From the NCBI GenBank assembly GCA_012026655.1, contig JAAILG010000296.1, positions 1 through 64,000 of the forward strand: a stretch of 64,000 bases of DNA. Reading direction: 5' to 3'. Below the pieces are notes generated by a model that saw nothing but the letters and a program-made list of their open reading frames with translations, ran no database searches and was not told the origin of the DNA. Origin of the DNA: Hydrolagus affinis (Eukaryota). This document shows, piece after piece, positions 11,966 through 25,026 of this stretch. Within the stretch, counting starts at the first letter, position 1. Each line of letters begins with the position of its first letter. The position numbers and the translations under genes are program-made.

Positions 11966-14900
11966 AAGTGATTGGTAGATGGAAAAAAAAACTTGTTTTT
12001 TAAATGGCTGTTTATAGAACACTGTTATGTGCAACTGGCTTACCCCCACAAAATACACTCACTCCATCTTACAGTGTATCCTATGAGGCACTTTGGATAC
12101 TCTTAAACATGGTGATGGTTTTCCGCATGTTTCAGTTACCTGGCTGACCAAAAAAATGCAAAAAAGTACCCGTTAAACTTAGTTTTATATGAAATGTTTA
12201 ATTTTTAAAAATACTATACAGTATCATGATTTTACTAACTAGATAAATTCATGCACAATTTATTCATTTTCAATTTTTTTAAATTTTATTCATTTTCATA
12301 CAATCTTCATATTTCTTCTTATTATAATCATTTATAATAGTGAAAACTTTCCTTAATCCATAAACCTGATGATAATCCCTCGAAAAAAACAATAATAAAT
12401 TGGTAATTTCAATCCACGACTACAGGTATTTGTGGGACTCTCGTGTTTTGCCCACAAATATACAGTCAATTTACTTTACATCATATTTTGTGAAGTGCTT
12501 TGAGACGTCTAGAAGATGTGAAAAGCGCGATATCAAATGTGAGGATTATTATTATTATAACGCCTCTCACATAAAATCAAGACACTTTTTAAAATTTGGA
12601 TGATTAGAAACACACCCAAATGCACTTTTAGAGTAGCTGGTAGCTAGTGTACGGAGTTTCCCTCAATATCCTGGCCGACAATCCACCCAAAATAAAATCG
12701 GTCACGCACTCTATGGCTGTTTGTGCGACTGGCTGCCCTGTTTCGCCCACAATGCACAGTCATTCCATTTTACAGTACAGTATATCTTGCAAAGAGCTTT
12801 GAGACATCTCGACAACGTGATAATGGAGCAAGCATTGCAAATGCAAGGATTATTATTGCAGCATAATATTGAATACAATATATAGTATATAATACACTAT
12901 ATATTCATATAAAATTAAAAATTATTTTATTATTTAAAATAATATTAATATTATTTAAAACATTCCTTTCCATAGCACAGTGATTGCTGAGTATCAACAT
13001 ATCAATGTTTTATTGAAACAAAAGTCAAATCTAAACTGTTTGCATTTACAAAGGGAATGTGGGAACATAGGGAATTTCAAGTGGGAATGAAAGGTGGAAT
13101 ATATTTCAGTTGCCCATTAAAGCCTGTATTCTAGATTCCAGGATTCCAGGATCCCATTTATGATTATTATTATTGTAAATAATAAATGAACAATTGGAAT
13201 AAATAAAAGTAATAATTGCATTTGAAAACAATCCTTTTTTGGATTCTGGAAGATACAACATTATTAGCTCGTCTTACAATACTCTCTCCCTCCCTCTCTC
13301 TCTGGCTATAATAATAATAGAAACTCAAAAATCTTTGCACAATCTAGAGAGATACATACAGTACAAGAGACGGTTTGCCAGAGCCACAGTGCAGGTCACG
13401 AAAAGAGGTTTCACAGAATAAAACGGGAAAGTGTCTGTTCTCTCAAACGTCTCAAAACCAACACACAACAGAATGCAGAGCGAGGATTTCCGGATATCTC
13501 GCCCACCTCACCCCACCCAGGTTTATTTCTATTGCACTCACCCCCGCAGCTAGATAAGAACATCTCTTTCATGGTGGGTGGGTGGATGGCTCCCTCCACC
13601 CCCTCTCTCTCCCTCCTCCAAACTGGGGGAAACACAAGGAAATGAGCCAAGGAATTTCACTGTGTTCCAAGTAGACTTCAACCCAACACCTTGGGAGATC
13701 CATTCATTGGGAAGCTTCACTGAGGTCACTGTCACTCGATCCTCTGGAAACATGAGTAACTAGTAACTTATGGAAAGTCATATCTCTTTCTCTCTTTCTC
13801 TTTCTCTCTCTTTCTCTCTCTCGCCCCCAGTGATCAGAGAAACCACAATACCAATTCAGACATGTTTCCATTAACACCAGCCACCCCTGGAGTGGTTTTA
13901 CGGGTGATTTGCAAACTGTTCGGAAAGGAGTAAATAAGGAAATGTCATCTGCTGAAATACAGCCGACCCACCGACCACAACCAACCAACCAGTGGAAATG
14001 TGGGGCATTGGGGTCCCAGCTTACACACATCTATCTCACTGTGACCTGGATACAGGTGATGGCTGTCTGAAATTGCACCCAGTCACAGCCTGTGGGAGCT
14101 TTAATCAGCATGGAGTTGTGGTCTTAAATCTGGCCTCAATTTGGAAGCCAACAACAACAAAATTACATTTTTAGAGCACTTTTCACGTCGGGAGGACGTT
14201 CGAAGATGTTGAACAGTCAGGTTGGGACCTGAGCAACAATAACAACAACAAAATTACACTTGTATAGTATCTTTTGTGTCAAGAGGACATTCCAATATGC
14301 TGGACAGTCGCTGTTTCAGACCCGAGCTGGGGATGGGTGGGGGGAGGGGGGGAGGGAAGGGGGGATTAGGAGTTGCCGATGGGCCCATTGAATGGGTATC
14401 GTCTTGACTGAGCTTTGCTTCAGTCGCGAGATCGGGAGGTCCTGTTGTTGGCCAATTTAGGGTCGCAGCTAAATACAGCTGTTGCTGTATTGTAATCAAC
14501 AATCATACAGTCCAGAGGTACAAATATACACATTAAAGAAAGAAGGTTAAGAACAAATGAAGGGGTGTCCATAACAGTACCAAGGGATGTACTTTAACGT
14601 CCTTCAGAACAGGCAGAAAGGAGCTTGGTTTAATGTCTCATTATGAAGGAAAGCACCTACAACAATGAAACATTCCTGCTCTTGAGTGTCAGGCTAGACT
14701 GTGATCAAAACACTGGACATAGGGATTGAGCCCACATACCTCTGCCCCAGAAGTGAGAGAGCTACCAGTGTGACCTGGCCCTGACAGGGTTAGATTAACT
14801 AGTGTCATCTATCAGGGTGACAAAATATTTCATAATTTCCCCCAAAATATAAAATTAGTGGCTTAATCCTAATAACCTGTGCATTTGATTTGACGCATTT

Positions 14901-15837
14901 GAGTAGTATCCATAATGATGGCTTGAGAGGGAAGGGTCTTGAAGGGAAAGGTGAGATGGTCTGCTTCCCATTCCTGGCTATGTGCTACTCTTACACAGGA
15001 ACATAGGAATTAGGAGCAGGAGTATACAGTCAATTCACTTTACCATATATTCTGTGAAGCGCTTTGAGACATTGATAAGATGTGAAAAGGGCTATATCAA
15101 ATATTTTTATTCAGCCCCTCAAGCTTGCTCCGCCATTCAATAAGATCACAGCTGATCTTCTAATCTAACTCCGTCTGCCCGCCTTATTCCCATATCTCTT
15201 AATCCTTCTATCCATTAAAAATCTATCAATCTCAGTCTTGAATATGTTACCTTAATTAAATACTTAAGCTTCATGGAGCTCAGTGATTAGAGCCCTAGCC
15301 TTTCAAATCTTGGGCAAATTTCCTTACTCCACGAATACCCAGTAATAATCCGTCAAGAAAAATGCAATAATAAATTGGTAATTTCAATGCCCGACTGTTT
15401 GTGGGACACTGCTGTGTGTAATTGGCTGCCGCCTTGGATGTCCACCTGACGTGAAAGGCGCTATACAAGTGTAATTTTGTTGTGGTTGACGCGTTTCGCC
15501 AACAAAATATACACTTTACTGCTTATTCTGTGAAGCCCTTTGAGACATCTAGAAGATGGTTAAACGTTCCTTTATTTTTAAATTATTATTATTATTTGTA
15601 GCTGAAAGTCCACCTTATCATCAGACCAAGGGCTGTCAGTCTGTTATCCCTCTGTGCAAAAAGCTATGAAGATTAGAAGTGCCGATGAAATATTTGTCTC
15701 AGTGCTGCGTCTCAGTTTTGGTGTGCAAACATTTGCAGATCAAAGTGCTGATCCTGATGTAGATAACGTGTACTGCAGCTGTCAAACCCTTTTAAGAGCA
15801 CGAAAACTCGGAACAAGAAAAGGCCATTCGGCCCGTC

Positions 15838-17400
15838 AACAACAATGACAACGACAACTTGCATTGCCGGATGGTGTCTCAGAGCACTTCACATTGGAGG
15901 AAGCTGAGGCCGAGCTGGGGAGGGGGAAGTTGACCATAAGCGCGGCCAAAGAAGAAGGTCTTCAAACATGACCTGAAGATGGGGAAGGAGGGGATGAGAC
16001 GATGGAGGGAGGGAGGGAGTTCAAAAGTTTCAGGGTGTGTAGTGGCTGAAAGTACAACCGCCGATTGTGGAGCAGAGGATTTGGAGGACAAGGAGGAGGC
16101 TGGACCCAGTACAACGGAGGCAACCAGTACTACTGTGAGGAGAGAGGAGGTTAGAGAGGTGTGGGGGTACCGAGCAGTTGAGGGATTTCAATACAAGAGT
16201 GAGGATCTTGGAGTCGGTCATCTCTGTGACAGGGAGCCAGTGCAGTTTGTCAACAATTGGGGTACAAAGTTTGGTGCGGGTGAAAATGCGGGCGGCAGAG
16301 TTTTGGATGTGCTGAATTTTGTGGATGGTAGAGGGGAGACTGGCAAGGAAGGCGTTGGAGTAGTTCAGCCCAGAGGTGACAAACACATGGACAAGGGTTT
16401 CAGCAGCATTTGGGTTGAGGTATTGATAGAGACAGGCAATCTGGTGGAGGTGGAAGAAAGCAGTGCTGGTAAGGGATCGGATGTGTGGAGGAAGGATATC
16501 AGGGGATCAAACCTGATGCCCAAATTGTGCATGGGTTCAGAGAGGTTTTAAGGACTGGTTGAGTAGGTTGAAGAGGGCAGAACCGCAGTTCAATAGATGT
16601 CGACAGGAGCCAAAGTGTATGGCTTCCATCTTGTTTGACATTCAACCTCTGGAACTCCATCCCACAGTCCCTCTGCCTCGCCGCTTCCTGGCCTCCTTTG
16701 TCCCACCTCAAAACTCTCCTCTTCGATGGTCCCATCGGCAACTCTCCGTCTCCACCCTGTCCCCAGCTTGGGTCTGACTCAGTGAATGTTCAGCGTCTTG
16801 GGACATCATCCTGACCTGAAAGGGGCTACATTTACATTTACATTCATCCAGCTCTTGATGCTGACAGAACGTCAGGGGACTTGGGGTTACACTGGAGGTG
16901 GAAAAGTAGAGTTGGGTGTCATCCTCATACATGTGGAAGTTAACCCCATATCTGTGCATGATGAAACCAAGAGGGAGTATATAGATGAGGAAGAGAAGGG
17001 GCCTAAGGATGGATCCTTGGGGTACCCGCAGGTGACCGGGCGGAAGCAAGAAAAAATGCCATTTGTAGAGATGTAGTGCTGGAAGGTTTGTGAGGTAAGA
17101 CTCGAACCAAGCTAGTGCAGTCACACTGAGTTGGATGATGGAGGACAGGAGTGATGGATGGCATGATTGACTGTGTTGAATACAGCAGAGAGGTCCAGGA
17201 GGATGAGGGGACAGAGGTCACAGATAGAGAGGACATCGTTTGTGACTTTCACGAGCGCTGGGCAGGGTGGAAGCTGAACTGGAGGTGGTTCGAGTAGGGT
17301 GTGGAGGGAGAAGCTGTACAGGAAGGTGATTGGCAACAACTCATTCTGGAGCTTTTGCAAGGAAGGGCAGGTTTGAGATAGGGCAATGGTGGCTGAAGTT
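15838..17400 (-). mobile_element. L2 LINE, longest copy in the window, includes RT core, frameshifted
   Basis: RVPQGSILRPLLFLIYILPLG...FHMYEDDTQLY (ORF 16708-17124; YADD changed to YEDD) and FVTSGLNYSNAFLASLP...IQNSAARIF (ORF 16030-16386). Confidence 0.9.
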
Positions 17401-17639
17401 GGAGTCAAACCCTTCTTTCCACAGATCAACAACAGCAAAACAACAAAATTGCATTTATAGAGCGCCTTTCACGTCTGGAGGACATCTCAAAGCATTGAAA
17501 CAGATCATTCAACGCCGACCTTTCCCTGGTGAGAGGGTAACACAAATATCCCTCAGTTTGAGACTTTTTCACAAACCTGCATATGACGTTAACATTTCAA
17601 GGTGATGGTCTTAAGGCAGACACCGCGAGCAAATTTTGA

Positions 17640-18130
17640 GCTTTCGAGCAGGTGCTTTCATCAACCATGTCACACAAACATTGTTCAAACTATTGGCATG
17701 TCACACAAAAATTTCTGTCGCTTCCAGTAGTGATCGGCTCTCATGCTTGTGCCGAGCACCGAAGACCACAGAAGTATAACTGAAGATCAAAGACCTTCTT
17801 TTCCAGTTTGTCTCGACCTTGTTGCTCGACTTTACTGCTCAGACCTTTGCAGATCAAAGTGTTGATTTCTCCTGCAAACAGAGTGCACTGCAGCTGTCGA
17901 AACCTTTCATTTTACAAGAGTTAGATTCTCAGACCCAATGTGAGGCAGACCCTAGGCACCAAACATATCCTTCCCTTTCTTTCTCTCTGTCTCTCTATTT
18001 CTGGGTCTCTTCTCAAATCCCTTTGACTTGCCGCCTCCAATTTCTGTCTTCAATATTCAACCTGATTGGCCAGTTGTGTTGCCAGACAGTGGCTGAACGC
18101 CATTTCCTGATTGGCTCAGGGTCCTGTGTT
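17640..18130. promoter_or_regulatory. Candidate T-cell enhancer downstream of CD8A
   Basis: Non-repeat island with CAGGTG 17649, GACCACA 17764, AGATCAAAG 17784 and 17851, CTTTGTT about 17818, CAGCTG 17891, CTGATTGG 18062 and 18107. Confidence 0.4.
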
Positions 18131-21100
18131 TTGCCTGTCTTTGCTTGTCAGCCTTGAAGTTGGAAATAGTTTGCAGGTCAGATGAAATCATTGGTGATTT
18201 GAGAACATTATTTTATGGGAAAATATACTTATACGTATTGTATAAGTGAAACTTGTTTATATTGATAATAATATTGCATTTGATATCACCTTATTACACA
18301 ATATAAGAACATAAGAAGCCCCTCGAGCCTGCCCTGCCATTTAATAAGATCATGGCTGATCTAACCTAATTTCATTTACCTGCCCTATCCCCATATCCCT
18401 TAATCCTGTTGTATGCTGTATATTTATACTGTAAAATGGATTGACTTAGCGTATTATGGGTGATTGCAGCAGCCATATGCTCATATGTGTTTTTTTTGTT
18501 ATTTGTAGTGTGTTGTGGCTATGGTCACTCCCCTTTCTCCCCTGTTTGACATTCCACAAACAACGATGAAGTGAGTGACTGGTTTTATTTGAAGAATTGT
18601 TGGCCAGGACATCGGGAGAAACTCCTTTCTTCTTTTCAAATAATGCCAAATGTCCAGTTTATCAGGCAGATGAGGCCTCAGTTTAACATCCCATCAAAAG
18701 GCATCCCAATGATGCAACAACAACAACAAGATTATATCTTTAGAGCGCTTTTCACGTCGGGAGGACATACCAAATCGCTGAACAGTCAGGGGTCAGGACT
18801 CGAGCATGTGATAGGGTGGAGCAGGATTGCGATGAAGGAGGGCAGAGAGGTGGTGGCTGAAGGCATGGTGGAAAACACACCTAAAGCACTGCATTGGAGT
18901 GTACTAGACTATATGAATATCTGAACTAGAATACTGTACATTAATTCAAAGTTCTGATGTGGAACTATAACACATAGCCTTCTGACTCGAAGGTGAAAGT
19001 GGGGAGAGTGCTACCAACTGAGCCAAATTAAAAATTACAAAGAATGCACAACACAGAAACAGGCCAAGTCACCCAACCAGTCTGTACTGGCGCTTGTACT
19101 CTGTACAAATCTTCACCTATTTCTTTAGTCCAGCCCATATCCTTCTATTCTCCTGTCCCTCATGTGATGGTCCAGCTTCCTCTTGAATATCTTTATACTG
19201 TCTGATTCAACCATTGCTTCAGGCAGTGAGTTCCATATTCTCACCAGCCCTCTTCATGGATGAAAGAACTTGACTACCATGTTTGCCAACAATTTTTGGG
19301 GGGTGTCAACTGGATTCCTGACACATGTGTAACCCCATCACCATGCTTAAGAGTATCGAAACCAAACTGAGAATTTCATGCATCCCATACACATGGAAAT
19401 CCCAGAGATAGCTTGTTAGAATGGAATGCGCACTCTCTCCCTGGAAAGTAAGTCACATTAGTGTTCAAACTCACTTTGAAGAAAGTAGTCACAGGTTGTC
19501 AAGAGCCAATGTTTGGGGACCCCAGAGTGATGAAAATAAGAATATAGGACATGTTCAAGGCTCTGAAATTGGAATGAGTATGTACATTCAAATCCTTCAA
19601 CAAGGATCCATTTGAGGGCAAGTCTGGTGTTTGACAGCAATTTATCTGTGAAGCACTTTCCGACATTTACATTTTAGGCACTGTATAAAATGCAAGAATT
19701 ATTGGGATAACTGACCTCATGGTGTTTTCTTTCTGTCTCTGAATGATGCTGTAATTCTGAAAATTTACAAATTGTAATTTAATTATCTTCGAGTACTACC
19801 TTGCAGAAAAAGGCTTTCAAAAATGACTGGTAACTGCAAATATAATAAAAATTAGCAAAAAGACCTATTTCAGCCCTGTTCCGATTGAGAAAAGCAAAAT
19901 TTTGGAAAAGCAAAATTTGCTATGGTTTTCCTAACATATTTCTGATGCTATTATCTTAAGGAATAGATTGGGAAAACAACCTCACATTTTACACTTCAAT
20001 CTCCAACTGTACCAATCTCCTCCTAATATACTAGTGTACAAAGATGATCTGTTGAGTTCATTTCTGTGTTTTGTCCTCTGAGAATAAATAATAATCAAAT
20101 CCCTGAACTTGACACCCATAATGTCCAACCATCTCAAAGTGCTAACAAAAGCCAAGGCTTGCAAACCTCTTATAATAAAGTGTCGTGACTGTGTATTTTG
20201 TGAGTGAAACACAGTGGCTTGTTTGCACACATCAATGTCCCACAAATAGCCACGGAATAAATGACCAATTATATCTGGGGGATTGTTGGCCTGGGCAGCA
20301 GGAGAAACTCCCTTCTCTGTGTCACTGTGTCTCTGTGAAACTCCCTTTCAAGCTGTGTCATGGGAACTTTAACGTCTAGCTAAACAAGCTGAGAGCTCAG
20401 TTTAACATCTCGTCTGAAGAAGGACACTTGGGACAATGTAGTGCAACATTGGAGGGTCAGCATCAATTCAAAGTGCCTGATAGCCAGGGGATTTAAGACA
20501 TCTACTCACTATAGATTCAATCCAGTTTGATCGATTAGCATTTCTTTGCTTAAAGAGTTCACGCACCGTAGATGGTTTCAGATTCTGGGTGAGGTACAGA
20601 ATCAGGTGCAAAACAACGACTGAAGGCTGTAGATTTGTGAGATTTGTGAGGCAGTGTTGTGGTGTAGTTTGCGTACACCAGTACAAAAAGACTCGAGCCA
20701 AGGTTTGGCTGGTTGCTGCAGCATTTAATGAAACAATAACATCAATCCATACACAAATTTTGATCATTTGGTTTAGCAAGAAAATGAACGCACTCAGAAA
20801 TCTATAAAGAACCTCGCTAAATATCGAACAACATTGGGGAATATATATATATATATATTTAAAAATGTAACTTTTCCAATAGGGAAAGCAGGCAGTGGCT
20901 TTGTTGGAGAGCAGGGTAAAATTAAATGATTTTAAAATAAAATGGCAGAAAACTTTGCTCATTACCATAAAACCCTGAGAATAGAGAAAATTAGATTGAG
21001 TAAGCTTTTCCCCCATCTTATTTGTCTCCCATCATACAACAACACAACAAATTACATTTGTACAGTGCCTTTCATGTTAAGAGAACATTCCAAGGGGCTG

Positions 21101-22383
21101 GACAGTAAGTGATTTGGACCTGAGCAGGTGTTTGGGATGAGGAAGGGTGGAGGATAGGGATACGAGGGTGGCCGAAGGCATGGATAAAGAAGAAGGTTGT
21201 GAGATGGGCCTTGAAGGAGACAAGGGAGGAGACGAGGTGAACGGATTGTGAGATAGAGTCCAAAAAGTAGGGACAGAGAGGCTGAAGGTGGTGGGCATCG
21301 ATGGTGGTCAAAAACAACAAGGCAAAGGAATTGGAATGAAAATTCAAAGCTGTATTTTATGGCCCAGCGCACAACATTTCAAGCTCCACCTTCGGATCAT
21401 GGATCAAATTCATTGTTTTTTTGAAAATCAATAGTTTAATTCCTGGGAATCTTCCATCCGAGCTGACTCAATGTCCTGGCAGATATAGACGCCTGAGCAA
21501 AGCTCCATTTTGGTCTTTGAAATTTGCCTGCGTTAGCAATAGCCGTTGCTCAGTTCAAGGTCATTGTTGAAACGTGCTTTTTTGTCTTGTTTTTGTACAG
21601 CACTTGTTTTACTTTGAAATCTGTAAACGACAAAGGTGTCAATAGCTCATTAATCTAGAATGATGTCGTTTTTTGACAGGAGGGGGTGGGAATAAGGTGG
21701 GGAAGCCACCTTGGTTGTAAGAAGGAGGGGAAAAAGCAATGATAATAATAATACTACCTGCATTAGACATAGCAATGTATAACGTCTTTGAGACATCTCA
21801 AAGCTCTGTAAAGTAAATTGACTGTGTATTTCTGCACATGAAACACAGCCAATTACACACGGCAGTGTCCCACAAACAGTCAAGGATTGGATTGAATAAT
21901 CAAACTGATATATTTGTTGGATGGAAGTCTAATCAAAGTTGACATTCCAATGTTACAGGGGAGTGGGGGTGGTGGGGAGAGACCTATTAAGAAGAAAATT
22001 CAACAAGTGACACTTGTTTGCCTATGTAACCAATGAATTGAAGGACAAGTATGTTTTTAACTAAAAATAAAATAACAGTTCTGAATGAGTCAGACTAGGC
22101 CATTACATCTCTTCAGAAGGTTCACAGCTTGAGAGAAGCACGCTTGCTTTCAGACACAGCAAGATCTAAAATGCGATGATCATTAGACAACTTGATTCCG
22201 GCAGGTGCCTGGGTTTGTCTCACTGAGAACTCTGATCTCCCATCAAGCGCCTCTCGATTCCATAATCTGACTTCACCACAAGTCAAAAATGAGACCAAAG
22301 TCAGACAAATCCAGGTACGTACAGTAAACTACTGATAACTGGACCCATGGCTTAACTTGTCACTTACCACTTCACTAATCCTG

Positions 22384-22540
22384 NNNNNNNNNNNNNNNNN
22401 NNNNNNNNNNNNNNNNNNNNNNNNNNNNNNNNNNNNNNNNNNNNNNNNNNNNNNNNNNNNNNNNNNNNNNNNNNNNNNNNNNNNNNNNNNNNNNNNNNNN
22501 NNNNNNNNNNNNNNNNNNNNNNNNNNNNNNNNNNNNNNNN
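22384..22540. other. Assembly gap (157 N)
   Basis: Run of N. Confidence 1.
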
Positions 22541-24983
22541 TTGATTTATACATATGTCTAACTTTCAGGTCTGGATAACTGGTCAATGAGCCCTTTTTTC
22601 TGGCAGCAATGAGTTATCAGGAATTGACTGTATCCCCCTAGACATTAAACCTCAATAGTCACTTAATGCCAGTTTATTGCATTTGAGAAAAATAAGACAT
22701 GAAATAAGTTATCCCCTTAACTATAACCTTTACCCTGTTGAAGATTTTTCTTCAACAGATAAATATCCAAACTTCCATTTTAACATTAGAAAAGCATTCT
22801 GATTAAGTAGCAAGGTCAAATGTGGCTGATAGATGATATACAGTAATGCTTCCGTTCTTAAAAGTGGCTCAAGGGATACACCATAAAGTATATTGCCTGT
22901 GTATTTTGTGAGCAAACGCAGCAACTGATTTGCTTGCAGCAATGTTGCATAAAGAGCCATGAAGTGAATTACTAATACTGTAATTTACTAATAATAACTT
23001 ACTAATAATGTAATTATTGGACATAGGTGCAATAATAATACTAATAATTTTTACATTTGATATAGAACCTTATCACGTTGTTGAGATGTCAGAAAGCACT
23101 TCACTGGATATATTGTAAAGTAGATTGACGGTGTATTTTGTGGGCGAATGGAGATCACCCTTTGCTCAACAGGTGTAGAAACAATAGTAACTTGGGGTTT
23201 TATTCCTACAACTTTCAGCCACATTGCAGAAACCTTGCTGTTCAGAACCACAGCAGAGTTAATCTGCAAAAGGAGACCAAATTGACAGTGCAGCCTGTGC
23301 AATGGGGCTTTGGTTGCAGTGTGTGGGGGTTGGTTGTTAGTATAACAGCCACTGAAATGTACACCTGGGGCACTTACTATATTCACATCTTGGTGCAGGA
23401 TTCTTTGCAATGAAATCAAGAGCAAACAGAAGATATCGAAGAACGCAACAAGTGGGACTTAACCTATATTCCATATATTTCATCAGTCCTGTTCAGTTGG
23501 TAGCAACCTCATCTCTGAAGCATCCTTCTCGTCTCTTCCCTCCACCCTCCCCAATCTGCACCGCAACTTGGGTGTGAAACACTAACTGTCCAGCGCCTTG
23601 AGACGTCCTCCCGACGTGAAAGGTGATCTACACCTGTAATTTTGTGGTTGTTGGTGGTGGTGTGTTCTTGCCATCATAATGATACATCATGAGAATATAT
23701 ATCCTGTATATACTATATATATATTATTGCTAGCCTTTGTCAGTATGAAATATGTATTTGGAATCAATTTAACATTACTGTGTACATTAGATTCAGTGAT
23801 GTTTATTTTACTGAGTGGTTATGTATTTTGCTTACCTCAATGTGCTTTCGCGTTACTTTAATATTTGTACTGCTCTGCCTTTTTTTTAAAAAAATGAAAA
23901 TTTGCTGAGAACTTTTGTAACCTTGATTCAAATGAATTGTGTGCTTTTTCCTTTGTCTAATGCCTTTGTGTAGTTATGTAGAAAAGAGATGTGTGGCTAG
24001 GGGTGCTTTGGCTTGCAGATATGGGAATGTGGTGGAGTAATCTAAAACTTGGAGAAACAACAACAAAATTACACTTGTAGAGCACCTTTCATGTCAGGAG
24101 GACGTGTCAAGGTGTTGGACAGTCACTGTATCAGACCCGAGCTTGGGTGGGGAGGGAGAAGAGAAGGTTAGGTTAGGAGTTGCCGATGGGACCATCGAAG
24201 AGGAGAGTCTTGAGGCAAGACTTGAAGGAGGTCAGGGAGGGGGCGAAGCGGAGGGTCTGCGGGATGGAGTTCCAGAGGTTCGGGGCAGAGTGTCTAAAGG
24301 CTTGCCAGCCAATGGTGCGGCGGATGGGTTGGAGGGGATGGGCAGGTTGGTAAGGGGTTAGAAGGTCACGGATGTAGGGTGGGGCGAGGTTGTGTGCAAA
24401 CAAATTGTAAGAGCAGGGTGGGTAACCAGTGTGAGGTGTTTGAAGTCTTGGTTCTCTTAATTAAAGTATGGCAGAGGTTAATGGTCGAGGACAGCATTTG
24501 ACATGTTTGTTTAGGAGTAAATGTATTGGTCACTAACTAGCCCAAGATGAAATAGAGCCAATTGAGTGGAGGCAGGCGATAGTGTGTTGGGGAGTAGGCA
24601 GAGTGGACAGTTAGGGAGGGGCCAGAGCACGAGGGGATTTGAAGACGAGTGAGAGGATAATAACCAAATAATAATCCAATAATCAAAATAATAAATAATA
24701 ATCAAATAATTGTGATATTCTTAAAATATGTTAGTGTACCACTGGTGCATTCATTTCAGGTTAATAGGCTGTCTGCCTGTCCTTATTGATACTGTTTGCT
24801 TTGTACTGTTTGCTACAGCGGAACGCAGTGAGACCTAATCTATTTGCGGGCACTGTTAGTAGTGAGGGCAGCTCACTAACCAGTCTGCTTCTTTCATTTC
24901 AAACTCACAGTCGCCAAATTCCACAAACCCACAATGAGGGCACCCTAGGGTAAAATAGGTCAAGGCATTGAGGTACTCACATG

Positions 24984-25026
24984 TTAGTAATAGTTTGGCG
25001 GCCTCCTGTTCTCCTCAGGCATCGGT
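24984..25026 (-). CDS. CD8A: CD8A last coding exon, (R)PMPEENRRPPNYY*
   Basis: Strong acceptor TTTTTTTTTGTTCCTTTTTAG (AG 25028-25027); phase 2 matches the previous exon; TAA 24986-24984. Confidence 0.85.

Noticed and set aside
13239-13763. Cluster of overlapping 60-79 aa ORFs as an extra gene
   Set aside because: No recognisable domain and no consistent splice-phase chain could be built
14330-14375. Functional G-quadruplex
   Set aside because: The G-run belongs to the purine-rich L2 3' region and recurs with other L2 fragments
22357-22586. ORFs spanning N runs (also 58159-58652)
   Set aside because: Artefacts of translating through assembly gaps
24909-24944. 36 bp mini-exon after the CD8A stop (AG 24946-24945, GT 24908)
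   Set aside because: Would need a 36 nt intron from donor 24980, below the practical vertebrate minimum
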